Shown piece by piece: positions 11,601-24,007 of a stretch of 64,000 bases of DNA (position 1 is its first letter; each line of letters opens with the position of its first letter). The position numbers and the translations under genes are program-made. Below the pieces are notes generated by a model. It had not been told where the DNA came from and ran no database searches. It was given only the letters and a program-made list of their open reading frames with translations. Origin of the DNA: Antedon mediterranea (taxonomy: Eukaryota; Animalia; Echinodermata); contig NC_092678.1 in the NCBI RefSeq assembly GCF_964355755.1, forward strand, positions 14,286,371-14,350,370. The letters are read 5' to 3'.

Positions 11601-14600
11601 TACACCTACCAACTTAACATATCTCTTATTAAGTAATGTTTACAACAATAACACAAATCAACCAACCAAATTATCAAATGATGTTTACACATCTTTAATA
11701 AAGAGAAAGAAACAAACACTTACTTTTGATTTACTTTTGTTTTATTACTTATTAGCTGCAAATATATCGTAGGACAGAACGTAGTTTCGACACAGAAGTT
11801 GGTGGCGCCAAACCAAAGAAACGACAACTGAAACCGAGTGTTTGCATGGAGGTAATCATTATTATGCATGATATTAACACTTCTAAACAAAATGTAATGT
11901 AAATGTAAATTAAATGTAATATCGTACACCACTTCCATGTGTTCAGGTACTAAGTTACTTGAGGGACCAACTACAAACCGTATGCAACATATACGAAGGT
12001 TGTGGTTACAAGCTACGTGTGGTATGCGATGCTTGTAATCCAAAGGAACATCACTTAGTTGACCTTAAAAAGTGTTTGAAGAATGATGTAGTTCCATGTG
12101 GAGAAGATACGACAATGAATACAGCTCATATCAAGCGATATTTTTCTAAAGGTAAATTTGTTTTCTGTTTATGTTCCTTCGTCAATTCCATTACCTCATC
12201 TTAATTAAATCTCAATCTTTTTTATCATCTTTATTCGTCATTACCATTGATAAATACATCAACAACACACTACAAAATGAACTTAACTCGTTTGAAAAAT
12301 TAGGAGTCTAATGACAGGCGCCTAGCAAGAAGTGTTTCAGTTATGCATCACATATCATTGACGTTATCGGTTTACATTTAATCTTTTAAAGAGCTGCTAT
12401 ATTATTTCATTGAGAGTTTAACAATAATACAGGTATCGCTCCCCTGTATTTCATTTCAAAAACTAAGATGTTTGTTCTTTTAGCAAAAGAGTATATAGCT
12501 CTTACAACTTTGTCACTCAGATACTGTGTCCGTGAGAGCTAATCTGTCACTAAACATTTGCAAGCTGTTAGATAATTGAAATAATAGTACTATCAATATT
12601 TAAATTCAATATACAATACAGATATTACAATTAATTACTATACAATAGTTATACACACATGATACAATAATATTGGTACATTTTCTCATATAAAATATGT
12701 AAAATCTCTACGATTTCTACAAAACAAATGTTGCGTGGATTGTTGGGAATATTTTGTTTAAGCAAATAAAAGACGCATTGCTTCTAATTTTCTTATTATT
12801 TGGTAAAATTACTAATTAACAAAAATTGAGAGATGAACAAATCCTCTGCCATCCAATCTAGCTCTTGAAAATAGTGTAGCTGCTCCTGTTGAATACTATA
12901 TCGTCCAGTAGGCCTATTATGTCTAGAGACAATCAACAGAACCTGCATTTTACTTGTCTGCCACTACCTCTCCAGCACATAGGTTACTTTTTAAGTTCCC
13001 TGGGTCGTCGCAAATGTAAATACCATTTATGTTTCTGGCATCATACGGGGTAATATCATTTTACTACTATAAATCATGTTAATTGTATTCCTATACATAT
13101 TATTATTTTCTATTACAAACAATACTATACACTGTGTCTATAATTCTTGTGGGCACATCTAATATACTAGCAGTAGTGTAAATTAGCTTGGAAAGTTTCT
13201 ATGTCCGTCACTTTACCAAAATACTTTATTACCAAGCTTTTAAGACGTTTTTTAAATTGTTGATCTTTTCACCCCAATTATTTTGGGGTGTCAATGGAAT
13301 TCTAAAATGTTTGATAAACCATCACTGCCTGAAGGCTTATTGGATTTCATTTTTAAAAAACGTGTTTTATATTTATCAATGTTTAGAATCCATTCACATA
13401 TTTCTGTGTTCTTCTGATAAGGCGCTGACATTAATACTATTTAGTAGGTAACTTAAAATACCTACAATTGTGGTTTCAGATCATTATATAATCATTATAA
13501 TGTAACACAAATAATCTAGAATTTATATTTTTAATGGAAATGGTTATTGTATTGTTTATTTACAATAGGTGTTGTTGGGGCATCCAGTTCAACTACAGGT
13601 ATGTTGTATATATTATTGTATTGGTTTAGATTAAGTGAATATTAATTAAAATGTACAACTTTCTTCAATAAGAACTCATTGTCAAACATTAACAGAACAT
13701 AACAGAGAACCGAATAAAGGAATTTGTTGATACGTATAAACAAGTATACAACATTCCGTGCAAATATAGGACACGTTTAGATAATTACAATGTTGAATGT
13801 AACATCGCACTTTGATTACTTTTAGGCAATTATGACAAAACCAAAGGCGCATCACTAAGTCGCCAAAGTGAAGGTAAATTACCAGTAGATAAAGATATTA
13901 ATGATGTAATTATTGTCATGATGAAACAGTGATCTTTAATTATGTACTTAATGAGCTGTTTCATCTAATTCATGCAAAACACAAATTCACTAAAAAATGC
14001 ACAGAAACATAAAACATGACCATTTCACCGAATAATAAATGGTAGCGAGCTCGCCAGCATTCACACATAGGTTATTAAGATAAAATACGGAATATACAAG
14101 TAGAAGTAAATAGTTATACTCAATTATTTGTCATATCTCATATATTAGAATGATTTAAAAATCATAATGCTACTATTACAATTATTTAATTAAAAAAATC
14201 AACCCCAAAGTTAATGGATGGATGTCGGAGAGCAATGGATGATACGTTTTGAAACCTGACAACTTTTTACAACTTTACACTTTCAAACATATAGCATAAT
14301 GTTCACAAATACGAATTAATAAACACTAAATGAAATATTTTTTTAACAAAGTGCCAGTTACAGAGACAAATCCAGAATCAGAGCCAGACTCGGTGCCTAG
14401 GGTAAATGAAATGCATGTGCCAGAGAATTTGCCAGTGTCAGGGGTAGTACCAGTATATGTGCCAGAGGAAACACCAGTGCATGTGCCAGAAGTAGCACCA
14501 GTGAATGTGCCAGAGGTAGCACCAGCGCATGTGCCATCACCAGGACATCAAGGTATCTATAATATTTATAATATTTATGACTAACAGACATTTTAAAAAC

Positions 14601-16572
14601 TCTTTTGAAAAAACACCTTTTTAGTTTGTAATTCAATCTGTTTCTATTTGCTTTGCGTTATGTTCCGGCATTTTGTTCACATTTGTTTTGTTTAATGTTG
14701 TGTTTTACACTTTTAATCATTAGATATTGTTTTTTTAATGATCAAATAATATAAACTACAATTTGCCATCATTCAATTAAAGACTAATATACAACACTAC
14801 CAAAACCATATTCCTTGGCTTTGCCTGCTAGTTATTACAACTGTCTGTTACGGTTTATGAGTGACAATCTAGAAACAAACATGTGAATGTTATATTTATT
14901 AGGCGTTGTTGTGTTTAAGGTGCAAAGTGTTGAAAGTAATTGCTAAATGATGGTATTACATAATGTAACGACAAGTTTTATAATCTAGATGTTTGTATGA
15001 CCGTATGTATCATAATTATCCAAGATATTTTTATCAATGATATTGATCAACAAATTTGAGTTTAAGTTTTTTGTTGATGTTTTATTATTGGGGCGCATAC
15101 TTTGATTTAACGAATTGCGTTAATTTATAAGAGGATTTTTAAATTAATGTTTACGTTTTGCGATTTGCAGCTCAACCTTGTAAACATAATTCTAACACAA
15201 ATACATTAGATTAAATGTTTTTGTTGGTGACCTTGCATTGGATGCATCTTAATGTGTAACACAACGAATCAGGAGGATTGAAAATGTTCATCTGGTTTGT
15301 AGCAATAAGTTATTTGAAATGTTTTTTTTTTTCAAATCAGCAATTAGTAAACTAACATTGACAGTTTTGCTGTCGTGATCGGACAGCTTCTTCAGAAATA
15401 ATGACGATCTATCATCAAACAGATTTACCTCTAGAGGGCCTATTCTGTTTAATGACAGGGTAATAGACGTGACTGAGTTGGTGGGCGCCCTCGTCTCTGT
15501 TGATGATTTGGTTTCCTCGTCGGTGGATCCAGATGGCTTCCCTGATGTCATTAAACAGAATAGGCCCTCTAGAAGTCAATCTGTTTGATGATAAATCGTC
15601 ATTATTTCTGAAGAAGCTGTCCGATCACGACAGCGAAACTGTCAAGGTTAGTTTACTAATTGTTGGTTTGAAAAAAATAACATTTCAAATAACGAATCAG
15701 GAATGTCAATTCTTTATGAAAATACATTATAATATCAGAGTATATGATACGATACGATGATACACTTAAATGTATGATCGTTATCATTAAAACACAAAGA
15801 ATATAATGTTAAATAAAAAAAAATGAAATGGGTAGTTTATATTATTGTATTGAAGTGGTCGTTATTAATATTGCAATGCTTTGTTTCATAAATTTATAAT
15901 CTTAATCTGTAAACATCGATTATTATTTCAGCAATAATAAATTATCTAAAGTGATACTATCTAAGCATTGTACTCCCTAATTTACTATGCTTAATACAAT
16001 TCATACAACACAAATATTGTTTTTTTGTGTTCCTTTGTACAGAATCGATCAAGAAAGAATTTCAGACAATGTTGGTACAAGTATCAAACTGGTATGATAA
16101 GCGTCGTGTCCTTGATAAACTGAAGGTGTTGTGCAAAGACCTAAAAATATCTTACAGTGATCTACAAAAGACGGAAAGCACGATGGAATTATTCAATTTA
16201 TTAAAATCCTCTGGCCATCTTACCACTACCAACATTGACGTTATTGTTGATATGATTAATGTCACTGGAACCAACGGTGTTCTGGAAACCAACGCACTGG
16301 TAAAGAAGAAGTACCATGATGTGGATCATCCAGTAAAATCCTTCTCTCCGTATCGACAAAAGCTGATTAAATTCGGAAACGCACTTTCGAAAGAAAACAT
16401 AACAAAGCTCCGTCATCTAAACGATGTTTCTTATGAACAATGTTACAACCAGTGGATTTTAATATTGATCCTGGAGGATATAGGTGTCCTTAGAGAGGAC
16501 AAATTACAGTCTTTTATCGGAGATTTAAAGGCGAATGCGATGGCTGTTGTCGCTGAACAGTTAGAAGATTAG
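8658..16572 (+). CDS. 3' part of a ROCO-family gene: end of Roc + COR, low-complexity linker, tandem DED-like death folds. Exons 8658-8903, 10294-10488, 10886-11038, 11170-11469, 11756-11851, 11947-12151, 13569-13598, 13826-13873, 14352-14552, 16043-16572
   Basis: All ten exons have AG/GT boundaries and join in frame without stops. COR-type motifs: EVPINWLKFQERL, YMNDIGKIMY, GILEEKLLRYLW, FLVPC, FLPEAVYHTLV. The last exon has two helical repeats with DED-like motifs (LDKLKVLCKD...MELFNLLKSSGHL; YRQKLIKFGNAL...LILILEDIGVL). Confidence 0.82.
15309..15693. mobile_element. Foldback/MITE-like element with ~150-bp inverted arms
   Basis: 15309-15460 is the near-identical reverse complement of 15541-15693, with an ~80-bp spacer. 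Confidence 0.8.
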
Positions 16573-16573
16573 A

Positions 16574-17091
16574 ACACCAAGTTAACGATGTGGATACTAC
16601 AGTACTGCAAAAGTAGTAAACCACCTACATCAATGGTGTAGATAAGTTTTGAACAATTATAGTAAACCACCAAGTTAACGATGTGGCTACTACTGCAAAA
16701 GTAGTAAACCACCTACATCAATGGTGTAGGTAAGTTTTGAACAATTATAGTAGACCACCAAATTAACGATGTGGATACTGTTGCAAAGTAGTAGACCACC
16801 TAAGTAAATTATGGAGATGAGTTTTTAACAATTATAGTAGACCACCAAGTTAACGATGTGGATACTACTGCAAAAGTAGTAAACCACATAATTAAATGAT
16901 GGAGATAAGTTTTGAACAATTATAGTAGACCACCAAGTTAACGATGTGGATACTGTTGCAAAGTAGTAAACCACCTACATCAATGGTGTAGGTAAGTTTG
17001 AACAATTATAGTAGACCACCAAGTTAACGATGTGGATACTGTTGCAAAAGTAGTAAACCACCTACATCAATGGTTTAGATAAGTTTTGAAC
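16574..17091. repeat. ~88-bp tandem repeat (6 copies) immediately after the stop codon
   Basis: CACCAA(G/A)TTAACGATGTGG recurs near 16575, 16668, 16757, 16843, 16931 and 17017. Confidence 0.92.
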
Positions 17092-18572
17092 GTAGTATTG
17101 TGCCTTTTGACATTTAAGAAGTATTATGATATTCATATTGCCAACCTCATGTTCAGAGGATTTACGTCAGTTTACATTGTACAAAATAAAAGAATACTGT
17201 ACATATGTATGATTCATGTTAACTAATTATGTCAGTTTCTTCGTACTAATTATTAGAAGTTCTCAATTTACCGCATAATTGATATTATTTTGTGTTTTAC
17301 TATCAATTGTTGATGTTATTTAGTATACAAATAATTCATATTTGTGAGTTGAATACGGTAGTGTAATGCAAACGTCCAATACAACCATTTAATATAAATG
17401 TTACGTGCAGTATAACTAATATCGACACTTAGTACAAATTAACCAATGGACTAATGGAAAACGATTCATTCAGGTTTTGCAGTGTAGAACAACTAAACGT
17501 CATATCCCGGTAAACTGATCACTCGGATTGTATTGCTATTTATTAGAAATTAGAAACTTACAGAAAATACATTCCACGATCGTTTATGACATATTTAGTA
17601 GGGTTAAAGTAAAATAATTGATTTATAAGGAGCGTATTAAAAAAGAAATAGGTGTACATTCTTTTAAAAACAAAACATTAAAACTCGAAAGAAGATCACA
17701 TATTTAGCCTGATCAATAATTATGTTTTTTGCCGTTTAATTTGTATTATTCTGTCCAAGCAAGAGCATTAAATATGTTTCTTTCCAAAGTATTTGCAGTT
17801 ACGCCCGATTAGGGTAGATGATTTTAAATGAAATATTGGTAGCCGGTTAGTGTGTATCTAGTGACAGCTAGAAACGAGTACAATACGTGTCGGTGATAAA
17901 GTGTAATCAAAGAAGTTAAGCACTAAGCTACATTTCTGCACTTAATCTTTATTTCACAAACGGTTTACATTTACAAAACAAAACAAATTGTAAAACAATA
18001 TGATTACGTTATGATACATTACCATATTGATGAAGATACCTTTTAGATAATAAACCATTCTCCTTTTCAATGCAAATAAAACACAAAGGTGTTTAAAATA
18101 ATACAAAATCAACCTTTTCTTTGTATGTTTATATTATTAAAATAATTGAATTTATTATGTAATCACATAACATTACGGTTATGTCACGCTATAATTCTAC
18201 AATTTCCGAATACGTCATTTTTCGATGTTAAAATAAACGTACAGTACATAAGTTGGTTTTGTATTTTTATTTATTATTTTCTTTTAGTTTTTTGTTAAGC
18301 CTAATGTTAATGTAGAGCAAAAGAAAAACGTCCGTTGTTTAGAAAATTGTAATAATCGTCACACCGCCATATATGGAGGTGGAATAAGTTGTCCTTAATT
18401 GGCAAAACATCCATTGGCGGGGTGACCAACATCATTACCTGCAAAACAATTATGATGAAGTTCAGATTTTGATTGATGTGATCGTCTGAATTGATTACGT
18501 TATACATGTATTTGAAAAAAAAATCTACTATAACAATTACTATTCTTAGGAATATTTTATTGTTATTTTTAC

Positions 18573-18746
18573 CATAGTTGTCTTTGTAATTCCGTGTACC
18601 AGTTACACGTCTTTCTGGTCCAATCCGAAGAAAATATCCCGTACTCGAAAACAACTTTATGCTATGAACGTTGTCGTGTTGATGTATTTGTGTTTAGTTT
18701 AAGTCGACTGTTGAAATTGAGTTAGTTGACAATTCCCAGTATGCTC
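18573..18746 (-). pseudogene. FGF-core-like exon with an in-frame TAA
   Basis: AG/GT-bounded, phase 1-1: AYWELSTNSISTVDLN*TQIHQHDNVHSIKLFSSTGYFLRIGPERRVTGTRNYKDNY. Resembles the first beta-strands of the FGF core (cf. FGF1 [25 protein letters not shown]). Confidence 0.55.
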
Positions 18747-19131
18747 CTGTAGAATAAAATAGAAAAAAGCTAAATCTCCAAAACATATACTTTTAGCATA
18801 ATGCGCTCTAATTTATTTATTTATTCAATGAAAACATAATTAAATACATATCTGCGTTATATAAGAAATCTTTAGAATATAATAATGATTTGTTAAATTC
18901 AATACACCAGTGGCCGTATTCACCCATCACACTGAAGTGATATTTCTCTTAAGTATTTTATTTAACTCAATAAGTATTTACCTTAAATCATATTCACTTA
19001 GATATGAGATTATTTTTATTGTTATTGTGGTTCCCTTAGATTAAGTGGGAATGGTGTTTAATCATTCCTAATGTTTTGATTTTTTTTTTAATATACACTG
19101 TTTTGACACAATAATCCTAGACAAATGGAAC

Positions 19132-20003
19132 AAAATCAAATCAAATCAAATCAATCAAATCAAATCTTTATTCGTTCCATATAAAATAAATTGTACATGG
19201 AAAAATGGTTTTCCTCGACAGAAAAATATGGTAAAACATTCATAATTACATCATACATAGAACAAATTTACAATTTAAAAACATTAATTAAAACATCCAT
19301 CAACAGTAAAACTTTAAAATATATATTGCACATGTGCGCTATTATGATCTAACAATCTTTGAGTTAAAAATATGAGTTGAATTTGGTACAAAAGACAGTC
19401 GGTTTCTTGACGTATCAGCTCTAGGAGCCCGTAACCGGCCTGACTTGTTCTTAAAAAATCTCATATGTAATGGATGTTTCTTATCTTCTAAAATTTTACT
19501 TAATTTACTTAGGACCTGTTTTTCATAAAGATATTTTAAAGAAAATTTTGTAGGTAATGATATGAGTAAGGTTTGGAGGGGAATGAGGCAAATGAGCGGA
19601 TATGCAAAATCGCCACAAGGAAGTGGAATTGTGTCAAATTTGACTAAACAATATGCTAATGAATTAAATACTTTTTTTAATAGGTTCGATCGCTATAATT
19701 TTTCTGATGAACAGATCTTAATCAAAAGTAGGTTGGCCTTACCAGATGAAAGTGGTTTTGACCTTAAGACAAATGCGGATGAAGTTACCAGCCACTTTAA
19801 AGGTCTGAAAGCATCCAAATCAGCTGGACCAGACCAAATTATACCCAAAGTTCTTAAATTATGCGCAACCCAATTGGCAGATATTTTTGTATATATTTTT
19901 AACTTGATTTTTGAAACACAAACCTTGCCAGAATCCTGGAAAACGTCATGCATCATCCCAATCCCTAAACGACAAAATATACAGTGTTATAACGATCTTA
20001 GAC
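19132..20003. mobile_element. Rex1/Babar-like LINE fragment with 5' inversion
   Basis: - strand 19132-19530: (TTTGA)n tail and ORF2 end KILEDKKHPLH...SGRLR...SFVP. + strand ~19532-20003: KVWRGMRQMSGY...ANELNTFFNRFD...KSAGPD...WKTSCIIPIPK...NDLR. Confidence 0.8.
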
Positions 20004-20308
20004 TATATTCATTTATGATAATGAGATAAAAGCTAGATGAGTGTTAAAAACTATTTTTATAAATGAATGTATTAATCCATGCATTTGTTGGCAGAGCTAG
20101 CTGCACTTCGATTATCATACACAAAACACTTTGGTGTAATTACTAGTAGTAGCGGCCCATTTCCACTCAGCTCTAAAGCTTAGTATTATTAGCTCCTAAC
20201 CACCTTATACTCGGTAATAATATATTAGATTCAACAAAAAAGTTATAAAGTGATGGGCTATATACAGCAGATAACAGCGTGTATTATTCGAGCGACATGG
20301 TAGCTGCC

Positions 20309-20692
20309 TATTGACTATTTTCACATAAGTCATAATATTTATAACATTAATTCAGCAGTCATTAGGTCATAACATTTATGACAATTTAAAGGTACATGTT
20401 AAGTCTCGGAATACGCTAGTTATAGTGTATAGTACAGGAAGCACTAATTTCGGGGCTTCCTGGTACAGTATTGACTATTTTCACATAAGTCATAATATTT
20501 ATGACATTAATTTAGCAGTCATTAGGTCATAAAATTTATGACAATTTAAAACTACATGTTATGTCTCGGAATACGCTGGTTATAGTACATGAGGCTGTGA
20601 TTTCCGGGCTTCAAGGTATTGACTATTTTCACATAAGTCATAATATTTATGACATGATTGTGAAGCTGCCATTAGGTCATAAAATTTATGAC
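20309..20692. repeat. ~155-bp tandem repeat (2.5 copies)
   Basis: TATTGACTATTTTCACATAAGTCATAATATTTAT at ~20309, ~20469 and ~20617. Confidence 0.85.
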
Positions 20693-21061
20693 TTCAGAAA
20701 TACAAGAATTTCTCTGTAAAAATAATTAGTAGACAAAGTTTTAGTGTGCTATACAAGCTTTTTATTAATGACAAAATATGAATACACTCATAAGGTGTTT
20801 TTTCTCAGCCGTACATCAAAGAATTAAAGAACTGATAAATTTTAACTATTTATTCACTAACACTGGTTATTAATTTAGAATGAATTAAACTCGGCTTCTA
20901 GTAAAATAAGTATTGTATGCATTACTAACTATTTATACGTGATTGTAGTAGAAAATATTTAAAAGATATATACATTTCACAGGCACAGAATAATTCTAAA
21001 CCGCCCAGTGAAATTTAATTATTTAATTTTAAACGATAAAGATGAGGAAATCAGTGAGAAT

Positions 21062-21125
21062 GCCCAATCCAAGATCCGAACCCGGAACATTCTGCTTGAT
21101 ATGCAGATGACCATTAGACCACTGT
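21062..21125 (-). other. tRNA-derived fragment (degenerate SINE head or tRNA pseudogene)
   Basis: The - strand reads CAGTGGTCTAATGG (A box-like) ... GGTTCGGATCTTGG (B box-like); no complete cloverleaf is evident. Confidence 0.45.
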
Positions 21126-21274
21126 CGTAGTAAGGCGGAACATTACTAGTCTCTCAATTGTATACAGTATATATATAAACATCACAAGGCACAGAATAAA
21201 TTTAATAAATTAATTTGAAAATTTATATAAAATGTGACTGCAAGGCATGTGTCCAGTATCATGAATGCTATTTT

Positions 21275-21939
21275 CACCCCGGAAATGTGTAGTCGTCCTC
21301 CTCATTTGCCATCTCCGCATTATCTTCAACCTCCTCATCTGTACTGTCATCCTCATCTGAAATGATGAATAAACCAAGGCCCTATTATTTAATAGACCTC
21401 TAAATAGTTGTATCATTTTTTTAGAAGCTCTGTGTAAACAAAATTTTAAAATAGAGAATCTTGTTTTTTTTTAAATTTGTATTACTATATGTTTCAAATT
21501 GGGTCATAAATTGATTATTGGTATTTTGAATATTGATTAAAAATCAAATGCATGGGCTGTGTTTATACAAGTTTACAATACAGATAGCATAGTATGCCGT
21601 CCAAGTTATGAGAATACAGCTTAATATGCCGTTTTAAAATTCCTGAACAAAAAGTAGCAGTATATTGCACTACAAACATCAAATCATCAGCATTGTATTG
21701 CGACTTGAATGTATACAATATCGCTTGTATATTGTTCTTCGTATTAGCATCCATGACAATAGATAAACAATAAAGTTAATTTAACTTAAACTTACCATCC
21801 GATTGGGCTCCATTTTCAAGCTGAATGCTGTTTTCAATTTCTTCTTTGAAACGAACTAATCTGGATCTTAATTCAGATTCCCCATAATTCTCGAGCAAGG
21901 TTATACAATTGCGCCGTTGCAAAATTATTTCCTTGAAGA
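21275..21939 (-). CDS. Two exons of an unidentified gene or pseudogene (21796-21939 helical; 21275-21357 acidic)
   Basis: ttacag...gtaag-bounded open exon FKEIILQRRNCITLLENYGESELRSRLVRFKEEIENSIQLENGAQSD splices in frame to tttcag|DEDDSTDEEVEDNAEMANEEDDYTFPG. Confidence 0.5.
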
Positions 21940-23971
21940 CTGTAATTATAATAACAATAAAATAGATTTCAATTGAATATTAAATTATTTTGTTAGTTCA
22001 TTAATGTCGTTTGTACAAACGACAATAGTAATGACTCAAAGAACAAGAATTTTTCCCATTTGATTGGATTTTAGCGACATGCCCAATTGTCACGCGGTAT
22101 GTTTTTGGTTAACATCAATGAAAAAAAAAAAAAACTATTTAAACAACGAATATTTTAAATGACTTGATTTCATTAACAACCTTGGTATCACATAATCATG
22201 TATGTTAAAAGAATGTCCAAAGAAAGTATAAAACAAAAATGATAGTATTTATTTTGTATTTCCATTTGAGATCCAGACACTGATACCCATAGCATAAATA
22301 AAATAAGTATATGTACCTATTCAAGAATTTAAAGTGAAATCTGCACAAAAAATTATTCAATAGCTTTAAATAATGTGTTTTTCCAAATAGATTGCATTCA
22401 ATCAATTAAATCAAATCAAAATATTATACAACATTAGGCCTACATTTAACACGAATTATTTCTTTTATCTACGAATTGCTAAACATGTACTTTCTACAGT
22501 AGTTATTGCCTCCAAAACTGATCACAATATGCAACGAAAATATATATAATCACCTAATAAAGTAAGTAAACAATGTTAAAAACAGAAACAACGTTGAACA
22601 ACACGTTGCTATAAAAATTCAATATAAAAAAGAATATATGAGGGTAAGTAGGAGAGGATGTAAACAAATTATAATTTCCTGAAAAAATTCACAGCAATAA
22701 AGTGGGGTCATCGGTGTCCATCTGTAATTCTGTATGTGATATCAAATGCACACTTTCTCATAATTTTTATTTAAAAACATTTAACAACAAGCAAGGATTG
22801 ATTTTGTTTGCACACAATAATCTTAATATTGAGTTAAAGTTGCAACAGATAGCAGCAGCTAAGTTAGAAAAAAAGGATGCCAAACAGTATGTTTGTTTTA
22901 TTGTACTTAATACGTATCAAAGTAAATATAAGTATTTATATAATATAAAACACTTGTTATTTATATAGTTTATATAGTTTTAATTACATTTTAATCTCGA
23001 CATAATAATTAACACTAATTGAGTTAACGCTTCTGTTTGCAAAATTAAATAATGTGCACTCTTTATTGTTATGTTTCCCGGCAAAGTACTGCTCTTACAT
23101 TATTTCTAACAATGTAATTTACATATATTATTTACAATTTACACTGATTTCGTAAATGTTTATTTTTTTCGATGTATGTGAAATGTCAAATACTTCCATA
23201 ATGTGCATTTTAGTAGTTAAGTACGTATGTTACTAATTTTTAATATTTTTTTTCATCAAAGACGTTTATTCACTTTCGAAGAGAAGATTTTTTTCTGTAT
23301 AACATTTATCTTTTACACTTTTTGTTTTTGCGAATTGCGAAACACAAAATTAATTGTTAGTTATGTCACAATCAATTCCAATATGTATTTAAATCACCCA
23401 ATGAAATGAGTATGACATATGTCATGACACTGTTATACCTTTTTTACAAGAGAAAATGTAATGTGTACTTGATGTTATGGTACGTATATTCAGAAATCGC
23501 CAACCTCGTCACTGAGTATTATTATCTGTAACATTATAAGTCTCAAATAGGATTACACAATACACACCCTTGTGTAGAAAATATCGTCTTTGATACTGTT
23601 TTGTATACTTATATTTCCAACACTTCTTCAGAAAAGCCTTGTATAATATACAAGTATTTATTCATAATTCCATAACACGTGTTCTCTATGTTCTATATAA
23701 TAATAATATTGCCAACTTATCAACACGCCAAAAGGGCGTGCTATCCTAGTCATAATTATGTAATTTATTTAAAAACTAGTTGAGTCTAGATGAGTCAACA
23801 AATATAAACCAATTAACATTAAAGATATTAAGTCGAACAAAATTTAATGTTTTGTAATTATTTATAAATTAATATATAGTCCAAATTTCATATAAACATT
23901 CCCAGTACAATGGCGCTCATTTTTATACCCATTTGATGGATGCGTGCAGGGAGAAAAATGTGTACAACGCC

Positions 23972-23973
<2 letters not shown>

Positions 23974-24004
<31 letters not shown>
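23974..24004. repeat. (CT)n microsatellite
   Basis: Direct reading. Confidence 0.95.

Positions 24005-24007
<3 letters not shown>

Noticed and set aside
12820-12910. Possible extra linker exon of the ROCO gene
   Set aside because: Weak splice sites and a stop in the plausible frame.
15288-15760. Two ORFs sharing SLNRIGPLEVNLFDD
   Set aside because: They are mirror translations of the foldback arms.
18307-18440. Possible second FGF exon after the acceptor at ~18440
   Set aside because: The continuing frame stops after ~14 codons and no frame resembles FGF.
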